From: Octopus sinensis | Lineage: Eukaryota | Reading direction: 5' to 3' | Length of the DNA: 64,000 nucleotides | NCBI RefSeq assembly: GCF_006345805.1 | Contig: NC_043004.1 | Span: 63,860,001 to 63,924,000, forward strand | Notes under the pieces: generated by a model | The model's database searches: none | What the model was told of the DNA's origin: nothing | What the model saw: only the letters and a program-made list of their open reading frames with translations | In this document: one piece after another, positions 53,033-64,000 of the stretch | Position numbering within the stretch: position 1 is the first letter of the stretch | How the letters are laid out: every line of letters begins with the position of its first letter | Program-made: the position numbers and the translations under genes

Positions 53033-55650
53033 ACAACTGTACACCATCACAAATTGAGTACAGATTCACGTCTTGGTTTTGTTTCGCACTAATCCTGTTC
53101 CTACGTACTTTTCCTGTCCACAGTATTCTTTTCATTTCTGTTAAGAATTCGTTCTTTTCCGTATTTCGTTTCATGTCTTCAATGGTTACCGGTAATTCGC
53201 GTACCACATTCCATATTACATTTTTTATTCCTCCTACTGATCTTAAAACTGCCGTATCTTCGAATGGCTCGCTGTGTTTCGGTATCAGGCTGAACAAATT
53301 ATCCGCGTGCCCTAGTTTTTTTTTTTGTTTTTGGTTTTTGGACAGTAAATATTCCATTTTCTAATAATTCAATAATGTAGTTCTCCATCGCTATAGTCTA
53401 TTCGCTGTGTGTGTTGGTATTCCTTTTTCAGGACTGTGTATTGACAGTGGTGGGCGATGATCTGCTTATAGGCAGAAACTTCTTCTATGAATAAATCTTC
53501 AGAATTTTTTCCCACTGAATATGATTGCAAACGCTTCCTTTTCTATTTGGTTATAGTTCCATTCAGCTGGTAATAACGATCGTGATGCATGGACTATAAC
53601 CTTTTCACTCCAATCGTCATATTTGTGCAGAAGCACGGCTCCAACACCGTAATCACTCGCATCTGTAGCCAATATAATTTCCAACTTCGGATCAAAATGC
53701 GTTGACGAGAAGTTCGATGTTAAAATGTTTTCTAACTCATCAAATGCCTTCTGCCACTTATCAGTCCAGCACTATTTTGCATTTTTCCTTTACAAATCAT
53801 TGAGCGGGGCCTTACGTTGTGTATATTGGAATGTAAATTTGATGGTGATTTACGAACCCCCAAAATGCTTGTAGCGTAGTCACAGTATTCGACATGGGCA
53901 TATTTTCTTATCGCAGTTGCTCTGGATGGATCTAGTTTCCGTCCGTATTTTTTTTCTATTATCTGGCCCAAATATTTACTTTTTCAGAAAGAACGCGAAT
54001 TTTCCTTCACTTAACTTAAAACCGACTTCTCTTATCTTCTCGAATACCCTCTCTACGTGTTGTACATGCTGTTCGTGTGATTCGCTTTTATTAAGATATC
54101 GTCTAAATAGGCGATAGCAAAATCACAGTCACCCAGCATTGTATCCATTACTTGCTGGAATAGGGAAGGATCCATTTTTACACCGAAGGGAAGCTGCTTA
54201 AATTTTAATAAGCCACGGTTTGTATTAATGTTTATTAAGTATGAGCATTCTTCTTCTACTTGGTTTTATAGATATGCCTCCAAGAGGTCTAATTTTGAGA
54301 AGAATTTCCCCCCATCCAATTTTGCGAACTTTTCCTCAGGACTCAGCAACAGATAGTTATGTGAGATTAAGCAATCATTCAACCCCGTTGAAAAATCTGT
54401 ACAAACTCTTAACTTATTAATTTTCTTTTTAACGTAGACCGTGGGTGCTGCCCATCTGCGAGGTCCGTCTTCTCGATTATTGCTAGGCTTTCAAGTTCCT
54501 TATTTACATGTTCTATTACCACGATTGGTACATTCCGTTTTGACTTAGATACAGGTGTTGCAGTTTGTTTTGCTACAATATTTGCCTTTGTTTTTGTGCA
54601 GCAGCCCAAAAACATTTGGAAATAAATGCTTTAATTTTAGTTTCAATGCCTCTGCCGCATTCGAACCTTCGATTGAACCGACTATATTCTCACAAAACAC
54701 TTATGGCCGTATTCCACAATTTAAATAGTTCTATCCCCTTTGTGCTGAGAAGATTAATGGAACTTTTTAACACATATACTCCTACCATTTTCATTTGGTC
54801 ACGAAATGTCACCTTACACACAAATTCAATAACAAAATACAATATGAGCTACTTTTGTAACTTTACTTAACTTCGGCTTACCGACATACTTCCAAGTTTC
54901 TTCATTGATAATGGTAATACATTTTCCAGTGTCTAACTGCATTTTTACAGTTATATCTTTATTTTCACATTTACGAATTTCCTTTTTGTCACATTACCAT
55001 TTTCTTCCGACGACATCTTGTTTATTCTCTTTTCTTTGTTTCAACGTTTTATCATCTTGGTTTTACAATGCGCTTTTACGTGTCCAATCTTACCACAACG
55101 GAAACATTCCACTTGCTTAAGTAGGCACTTTTTGTCGGGTGTAGACCTCCACATGCAAAACATGGGTTTGTTTCCTGATTTTTGTACTGTATTTTAGTAC
55201 ACACTTGATTTATATTCTGTCAGTTTTGTATTTTCCGACGCACTTGTTTCACTTGGGAGCAATCTTTATGTTCAATTTTCTGTGTCGGGTCTTAAATTTA
55301 CAATTTTTCCACATTCTTCAGTCACTTGTTGTAAGGTTACAGCTTGGTTTTGTTCCATCTTGGTGAGAATTCTTGTCCTTTCCCCTGCGTCTTTTTCTGC
55401 AATTAGTCCCTGACTAACTTTCAGGCACTTAAACATATCTGGAGTTAATTCGTGCAGTTTAAACTTTTCCCATTCTCTGTTAAATCTACCAGCATATGTG
55501 ATGTAGTCCTCTTTATTGTTTGTTTCTAAGTCCAGACATTTCCAGTGTTTATTGAACAACGACCTTTTCTTGCTAAAAATTTTACACAATATGTCTTTTT
55601 TATTTTAAAAGCTTATGTCAGAAGGGGTTTTTCGGGAGTATGTAATTGCT
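51675..55650 (-). mobile_element. Decayed Ty3/gypsy retrotransposon (gag-PR-RT-RH-IN), 5' LTR not found
   Basis: gag YITYAG..REWEKFKLHELTPDMFKCL; RT LPFGVK..PSLFQQVMDTML..CD(F)AIAYLDDIL; RNase H ILATDASDYGVGAVL...YNQIEKEAFAIIF; IN VVDSFSKWPE...IVSDN; (CT)n insertion at ~52988. Confidence 0.92.
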
Positions 55651-55841
55651 GTAATACTCATGTTCTCCCGCTGCCTATTTTCTTAGATTTAGATGTGTGT
55701 GTATATGCTTGTGTGCGTGCGTATGTGTATGTGTGCGCATTTTCGCGTTTGCGCAATGGTGAGAGAGGGAAATATTGCCGAGCAAACTGAAACATGGAAC
55801 GTCGTTTCAATAGAGAAGGACAGTGAATCCTTACCAGTTTA

Positions 55842-56480
55842 GGAATGACGTCCCCGAAGATTGTTGTTCCACATCAGGTTACAGAAACTCCCCTATCACT
55901 ATCCCGTCAGAAAAGCAAAGGCAGTGAAGAAAAAGTTATGTGGAAGTACAGAAATACCCTGTTTCATGGCAGTAAACAAGTAATGATACGAAAAGACGTT
56001 CTGAGAGACAATCGTTCTACGTCGAGTTAGAGAAACTTCTTTTTCATTCTTTCCTGTTGTCAGAAACAACGAAGTGAACAAGAATTAATAGGGAATGACG
56101 TCTCTAGATTTAATGTTTCACTCTGATTTACAAAAACTCCCTTTCACTTTCACCGTCAGAAACAAGGTAGTGAACAAAAGAAAATTATACAGAATGATGT
56201 TCTTGGAGATCGGCACAGAAATACATAAACTCCCTATTTCAATTTTGGTTTCAGAAAATAAACACAGCGAACAAGAAATGATAAGGGAGTAACATCCTAA
56301 CTGATAATTGTTTCACGTCGTGTTACAGAAACTCCCTTTTCAATTGTATCGCCTGAAGCAACGTTTATGAACAGGAAATGATATGGGGTGACAACCTTAT
56401 AGATACATGTTCCACAGTGTGTTACAGAAACTCGTTTTTCGCTCTTTCTAACCACCAGAAACCACGCAGTGAATGAAAAA
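55842..56480. repeat. Degenerate ~100-bp minisatellite, six units
   Basis: Recurring gaatgacgt..., gttacagaaactcc, cagaaa..a..gtgaacaag motifs at ~100-bp spacing (first unit ~150 bp). Confidence 0.75.
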
Positions 56481-57302
56481 TGACTGGCCCGCTCGAAACT
56501 TGTACCCAGCAATGCTATTGTTCACACTTGGCTATAACTAACCAATAAATAAATAAGATATAAAATAAATAAATAAAAATAGAATCTAAAACATTACAAC
56601 TGGCTACGTTTTCCATTTGAACAAAAGGAAATTAGATGTGCTAATGGTTGGTGAAAGATAAATCGTTGAGGTTGTTTGTGGCAATGCAGCGTTTCGTACA
56701 ATGTAATTACAATACACCTTTCACTCTTTCATTCCATTCAATCTGGTTGTTCGCAAATTCCATTTGCGTTAAAACGAGAATATAAGGTTTCTTGAAGATC
56801 GATTAAATTTTGAGTAAAACCATCAATTTCGAGCTCAAATTAATTAGAAGTATTATGCCTTCTTATTTTTCATATTTTGTTATTTGTTTTAAATGTGGGT
56901 TGATTTGATCATATTTCTTGTTTTGTTTGTACATTCGTTTTGTTTGTTTTTTTTACTTTTGCGCTTAGAAATGTAATTTAAATGGCCACGTTCGTCTTTC
57001 TTCCTCGTTTTACAAATGTCTCTAAATATATGGTTTAGCATTTGTAACATTTGAAAACTGGCCAATGTATGTGTATGTGCGTGTACTGATGCATGCATGC
57101 ATACGTGAATCTGTGTGTGTACATGTGAGCGTGTACATGTGAGCGTGTACATGCGCGTGAGTGAAGAGGTATATACACATAATACATACCTTTATAATAT
57201 ATATATGTATATATATATATATATATACACACACATTCACACATGCATATGTGCATATATAAAAACAATCATATTTATACACATATGCACTTATAACAAT
57301 AT

Positions 57303-57340
<38 letters not shown>

Positions 57341-57519
57341 TATATATAATATATATATAAATATATATATAAATATATATATATATATATTATAGAGAGA
57401 GAGAGAGAGAGAGAGTGAGAGAGAAAGAGACATGATATATACATACACACACATACGCGGAGAGAGGAGACATACACAGAGGTAGGACAGAGAAATTGCA
57501 AGACAGACCGAAAGGTAGG

Positions 57520-57523
57520 TAGG

Positions 57524-57585
<62 letters not shown>

Positions 57586-57610
57586 CATACATACATACAT
57601 ACATAGATAC

Positions 57611-57669
<59 letters not shown>

Positions 57670-57694
57670 CATACATACATACATACATAGATAC

Positions 57695-57726
<32 letters not shown>
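57520..57726. repeat. (GATA)n/(CATA)n compound microsatellite with duplicated block
   Basis: Direct reading. Confidence 0.95.
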
Positions 57727-57727
<1 letters not shown>

Positions 57728-58093
57728 GAGCGATACCTACATGAATGTATGCTTCATATTTCGACTCTTTGTTTCGTGAGTGAACTGTGTATATATGTAT
57801 AACTGTATGCGGTGTATATGTGCATGTGAATATGTGTACCTTGTGTTATATGTGCATGTGCGTATGCGAGTCGGTTAGTTACGTGCGTGCGTTCATACTA
57901 CAGTGAGTCTAGGTTTTAATCTATATTTAATTGTAAATTTGATGTATTATCTTTCATCCTGACAGATCGATCGGAGATTTTCTCAAAATTATCCAAGATT
58001 ACTATTTTTAAATGCACCATTCAGATATGTATGTATGTAGTATGTGTGTATCTATCTATCTATCTATCTATCTTTACATACATATGTATATAT

Positions 58094-58151
<58 letters not shown>

Positions 58152-58914
58152 GTGTGTGTGTGTGTGTTTGTGTGTGTGTGGTGTATATATATACATATAG
58201 ATATATATATACATGCATAAATACACACACTGCATCCTTAGATCAGGTTAAACAATAGGTTTGCTTTAATTCTCTCTTGTAATATTCTTTGTATGTTTTT
58301 GATCAGTCTCTTCCAGAACGTTCGACTCCATCTTCATACATAAGGCAAACATAACGCATACACATTCACAATTATTTACATCTCAACACAGCCACATATA
58401 CGCATACAAACCCGAAAGCAAGTACATACAGTCGTCCATGCATACACTTCACACATGCAAATACATACAAAATGTATTCGTAATGTTTACATACTTAAAA
58501 GTGCGTGCATATCCATGTCTACATACCACTTCTATATCTATGTACATACACGCGCGCGCGTACTCACACGCACACCCAAACACAGGCACGCACACATACA
58601 CACACATATACGTGGTTTTATTATATATATTTAAAGTATTTTGTTGTATAAAGACAGAACAATGCGAGATGAGATATAAACCCAAGTACATAAAGAAGAA
58701 ACTAAGTTGGCGTTTTATCTTATGCGGGTACATTTTGGGATGATGACCCTTTTTCAGGACATATGGGCAAGCGAGAAATGGAACAAAGTCGTTCCGTGGG
58801 TAGACCTGAAGTCTACTCGTATACTACGCCGTTCTACTGGAAGCAGGTGTTAGAGACTGCCATTTAGTACTTCTCGGATATCGGAAGGTGTATGATCCAA
58901 GTAGTAGCGGTTGG

Positions 58915-59492
58915 TGATAGAAGAAGAAGAGAAGAAGAAGCGAAGAAGAAGAAGAAAAGAGAGAAAAGAGAAGAAGAGAGGATAGGAAACAAGAAGAATG
59001 AGGAGGAGAAGAGCGGCAGTGGAGGAAGAAAGGAGAAAGAGGAAAGGAGGAAACGGAAAAGAAAAAAGAAGGAGAAGGAAATTCAGAAGAAGGAGAAGGA
59101 GAGGAGGAAGAAAGAAGAAGAAGAAGAAGAAGAAGAAGAAGAAGAACAAGAACAAGAACAACAACAACAACAACAACAAGGGAATTGTGGAGAAATTGAG
59201 AAATGAGGGGAGGGAGGAGAGGAGGAAACGAAAAAGAAGAAGAAGAAGAAGAAGAGAAGAAGGAGAGGAAGAAGAACAAGAAGGAGGAGGAGGAGCAAGT
59301 GGAGGAAGAAATGAGAAAGGAGGAAGGGAGGAAACGGAAAAGAATAGGAAGGAGATTCAGAAGAAGGAGAAGGAGAGGAGGAAGAAGAAGAAGAAAGAAG
59401 AAGAAGAAGAACAACAACAACAACAACAACAACAACAAGGGAATTGTGGAGAAATTGAGAAATGAGGGGAGGGAGGAGAGGAGGAAACGAAA

Positions 59493-59523
<31 letters not shown>

Positions 59524-59580
59524 AGGAGAAGAAAAAGAAGAACAGCAACAACAACAACAACAACAACAAAGAGGAGAAGA
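58915..59580. repeat. Purine-rich compound repeat with ~260-bp higher-order duplication
   Basis: caagggaattgtggagaaattgagaaatgagggg occurs at ~59176 and ~59435. Confidence 0.9.
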
Positions 59581-59619
59581 AGTGGACAGGATGAAAATAT
59601 GGATGTGATGCGGTAAATT

Positions 59620-59900
59620 TGAATGTGGAGAGTCTGAGGAGCGTGACAATGAGGAGGGAAACAACGTCTGTCTGAAAGGGTATCGATTATTTTTAAGTAC
59701 GGCTGTACGAATATCCTTGAATCTTTTACAGATCTCATTGGAACTGTTATCGAGCCCGGGGAATGCGTGTAGTAAGGGCTTGAGGAGTTCAAAAAGGAGT
59801 GAATCATTTTATAAAAGGGCTCATCAATTCCTGAGACTATAGATCGTATTTCAAGTTTGGGCTCGGATTTGTGGGTTTTTACTAAATGACAGGGAGAAGA
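59620..59900 (-). mobile_element. Penelope-like RT fragment
   Basis: LVKTHKSEPKLEIRSIVSGIDEPFYKM resembles the PLE/TERT-like K.HK...RPIVS....P.Y motif. Confidence 0.55.
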
Positions 59901-60241
59901 AAGGGATGTATTTTTCAATGCTTATGTATGCATACATATATAATATTTGTATATATACATGTGTGTATGTATGTGCGTGTATGATATACGTATGTATAAC
60001 ATAAACACATCAACATCGGTTCTCAAGCGATGGTAGGGACAAACACAGAGACAAACACACAAACACACACAGAAACACATACACACATTATTTATTTAAA
60101 GGATACAATACATGTTTTTAAGTGCTTCTAATAGTTTCGTGTGTTGAGAAATATGTCAAACATATTCTTCAGACACAAACCACATTTCACAGCGAAGTAG
60201 ATAAATGAGTAAGAGAAGAAAGCGTAAAGGCTGAGAAAACA

Positions 60242-60308
<67 letters not shown>

Positions 60309-60442
60309 GGAGTAAACACATAAATGTGAAACAAGGTGGAAAAAAGAGTACTCAAATACCAGTGGTAGAGTAATATGCTTTATTTTAAGCAGCAGAAAAT
60401 TTGTTGAATTTTCTGCTCTTATTAAAATAAAGTATATATATA

Positions 60443-60490
<48 letters not shown>

Positions 60491-60699
60491 GACAGATGTT
60501 TTTTTCCAGTGTCCGTCTATTAAATCCACTGAAACCATGGTAGAAGACACTTGCCCAATGTCTCACCCAGTGAGACTGAACCGAGAATCATGCGGTTGAG
60601 AAGCAAACTTCTTACCACATCGCTATGTCATGCTTGTATATACATAAATACATACATGTATGTATGTGTGTGTCTCTTCTACTTTTTAAATATAATAAA

Positions 60700-61260
60700 T
60701 CTTCCAATGAGAAGGAAGCCAGTTTCCAACAAAGATACAAGGCTCCATCTTTGAGATGTAGTTAACACAGACAAATTTACATTTGGAACTTGAGAAAAGT
60801 CTTGCATATTTTCACTGTTCCAGTTACAGATTGCACTTGTAATGTACGAATTAGCCGGTTGATTTCTCTTTCTGAAAATGCCAGTTTATCTAGATTCTCT
60901 GTTAAGCTTTTGCTAACAAGACCTAGTACTCCAATTATTATTGGTATGAATATGAATTCATAGTCTGGTTGAAGAAGCTGGAGGTTTCGAAGCAGTTGTA
61001 CATAGATGTCCTCTTTTTCTATGATTTTCAACAAGATATTTATATCTGCAGGGCAGCTGACCTCTGTTACGGTACATGCATTTACCCCTCTGTCCCAGAC
61101 GACAATATCCGACCTGTTATGTTTATATTTGACAGAAGGTCTGATGGGAATATTCCTTCAGTATTCCTTGAGTTGGTGTTTATAAATGTATTCTATAACA
61201 GAGGGATTTTCTAAGTTTATTTCAGGACATTCTTTTCACGGATGGATTTTTAAATTGTTT
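60700..61260 (-). mobile_element. 3' end of an R4/Dong/NeSL-like LINE (restriction-like endonuclease C-terminus)
   Basis: KIIEKEDIYVQLLRNLQLLQPDYEFIFIPIIIGVLGLV...LDKLAFS...LIRTLQVQSVTGTVKICKTFLKF*, preceded by a decayed (P)DIVVW....VEVSCPAD RLE motif. Confidence 0.8.
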
Positions 61261-61413
61261 TAGCGACAACATCGTGCTACATTTTAGGACAGTTGCCAAC
61301 CACATGTTTGACGTCTTCCACAGGGATTACAAAAACGTCACTGTCTCGCTTGTTCATGTATGTATGCATGTTTGTATGAATATAAGTATGTATGCATATG
61401 TATATATATATAT

Positions 61414-61445
<32 letters not shown>

Positions 61446-61834
61446 ATAATAGTTTACTCAATTTCATGAGACTTAAAGGTCTGTGGGGAGGCAGGAACGC
61501 GTCAGTCTCATCAGACCTTAAGAAATAAGTGAAAGTTTCAAGTAAATTGAAGACGACTCCTGGATGTTAGGCTTCTACGGGTCATCTCAGTTCACGCTAC
61601 GCTGACGCTATGAAAGAGGTACTAGGTATTGACCTTATTCTAGGCCCACGGGCTCGAATATGATATTCTCACAATACTGGTGAGGTGGGCTCGTACAACG
61701 GGGCTACGAAACGTTAATTAATATGGAGCCAAGTCAAACAATTATATAAAATATATATAAATCGTACAAATATGTTGGGTGCTACTTTCTTTCGTTTGTC
61801 CACACACTCGTGTGTGCGTGTGTATATATATAGT

Positions 61835-62150
61835 GAGGACGCGTGGCTTAGTGGTTAGGGCATTCGGCACATGATCGTAAGGTTGTGAGTTCGATTCCCG
61901 GCAACGCCTTGTGTCCTGGAGCAAGAAACTTTATTTCACGTTGCTCCAGTCCACACAGCTGGCAAAAATGAAGAGTACCTGTAATTCAAAAGCGCCAGCC
62001 TTTTCACACTTTGTGTCGCGCTGAATCTTCTTTTGAACTACGTTAAGGGTACACGTGTCTGTGGAGTGCTCAGCCACTTGCACATTAATTTCACGAGCAA
62101 GCTGTTCCGTTGATCGTATCAGCTGGGACTCACGTCATCGTAACCGACGT
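61835..62150 (+). mobile_element. tRNA-derived SINE (third family)
   Basis: gcgtggcttagtggttagggcattcggc...gtgagttcgattcccggc...gtgtcctggagcaagaaacttta (A and B boxes plus CORE-like segment). Confidence 0.8.
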
Positions 62151-62166
62151 ATTGCTCCTATATATC

Positions 62167-62208
<42 letters not shown>

Positions 62209-62214
62209 TATGGA

Positions 62215-62322
<108 letters not shown>

Positions 62323-62501
62323 TATGGAAGATTAAATGTGAGAGTGCCTGTGTGGAGTATACTGATAGACAGAAAATGGAATGTGTAGTGTTTAGATGAT
62401 CGTTTTCGTTTTTTCTTTGTATTGTATGTACATTTGCATACACACACACATACATACTTACATACATACATGCATATACATAAATAAAAATAAAATATGT
62501 T

Positions 62502-62537
<36 letters not shown>

Positions 62538-62719
62538 ATATAATATATATAATATATATATGTCATATATATATATATATACATATATGCACATACTGAT
62601 ACCAGACATTCACACACGCACACGCCACACATGCACACACAATGTTTACATACATTTTAGTATTGTGTTTGTATTGGCCCCTTGTGTAACGTATAAACCA
62701 GTTTTATTCTTACTGCCAT

Positions 62720-62752
62720 TATTATTACTATTATTATTATTATTATTATTAT

Positions 62753-62822
<70 letters not shown>
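62720..62822. repeat. (ATT)n-(AGT)n compound microsatellite
   Basis: Direct reading. Confidence 0.97.
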
Positions 62823-64000
62823 TTCTTTGTTGTTGCCTAATGTTGTTTTGGCCATGCTGATCAGTGACTTTCCAATGCTATTTTCGATGTACATTCTTTT
62901 ATTATTAGCTGGCAGATATAAATTACACACGTTATTGTATACTAAACACCGGTAGTCTTGTCGGTCGAACATGGTACACACTTCTCCCCCAAAATAGTAG
63001 TGAGCATACATAGAAATAAGTTTATTATGAATGAAGAAACAGATCGATTTTTTTCCTTCTTTGACAAGCAATGGTGGCAATAGAATCGTAGAATCTGAAT
63101 AGAAACAGAAGCTGTGGACTATTGTGGTTACACCATTTTTTTCATTATGGGTTGAAATACCACCGACATCGACTTTGTCTTTTATAAGTATTCAGTGTCG
63201 AAGGCGACAAGTTGGCAGAGCTCTTAGGGCGTTTGTAAATTGCGTTCCCTGATTTTGTAAATTTCCTTCACCTCTTAATATTCTGAGTTCAAGTCCCATC
63301 AAAGTCAAATTTGCATTTCATTCTTTTGGTTTGATAAATAATCTATAGCTATAGAGTGGCGGATTGTCAGCTTTAGTAAACGGTCAGTCGGGAGTGCTTG
63401 CGGTATGATACCTCTTCCGACCATTGCGTTCAAGTTCTACCGAGATTAATTATCTTTTCTTGTAACGTAAATAACCTACAACTCTATAGCAACAATTTAC
63501 TACAGTTGCTCAAGAATCAAACTGAAATGTCTTGTGGTACCTATACTGGCTCTGTGTTTCCTGAGATATTTCATGGTATTCCTTGAGATAAGCAACAAAG
63601 GATTCGGGAATAATTTAATTGAAATTCTTCTACCGAGCTGAATGACACAGTATAGAACCAAAGATCCGACCTTCTGCATCTTGAATAAGGTGTCAATAGA
63701 GCTACAGCTTTGGTTTTAAGAGTCCACAACAATTCAACATCTTGCCTAGCAGCTTCAGAGATTTGCCCCGTGGGGGTCGTCAAAGATTTGCGCCGTGGAA
63801 GTCGTCTAGACATATCTTTATCTGAGATACAAGATGAACCCATATTGTGTTAGGAATCACAATGAAGAGCAGCTTTATCTAACTAGCTACTTCATCAGAA
63901 ACCGTACAGAAAAAGAATCCAAACACACTGAAAGGCATTGATCAACAATGGCCCCAAACTCTGAATGAAACCAGTAAAAGATTAGAGATAAGATATTTGA

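Overview
Eukaryotic, very AT-rich, repeat-saturated animal DNA. The SINE families, microsatellite load and transposon mix look like a coleoid cephalopod (Octopus-like) genome; this assignment is pattern recognition, not a database result. Nearly all ORFs in the supplied track are microsatellite read-through or transposon debris. Two things stand out. (1) A spliced minus-strand host gene missed by the ORF track: exons 31002-31139 and 28211-28393 have canonical GT-AG sites, join in phase 0, and encode a 10-cysteine prokineticin/astakine/colipase-fold-like protein with an acidic N-terminal arm and no AVIT motif. Its first (signal-peptide) exon was not located. (2) A non-coding 350-bp tandem-plus-inverted repeat at 34931-35625 carrying an intact type I hammerhead ribozyme on the minus strand (retrozyme or Penelope pLTR-like). 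The rest is decayed mobile DNA: Penelope-like elements (two long ones plus fragments), two Ty3/gypsy relics, RTE, CR1-like, Tx1/L1-like and R4/NeSL-like LINE pieces, maT and mariner transposons, a Helentron-type non-autonomous element, many tRNA-derived SINEs, a ~1.1-kb tandem duplication, palindromes and higher-order microsatellite arrays. Coordinates of decayed elements are approximate; all translations and alignments were done by eye.
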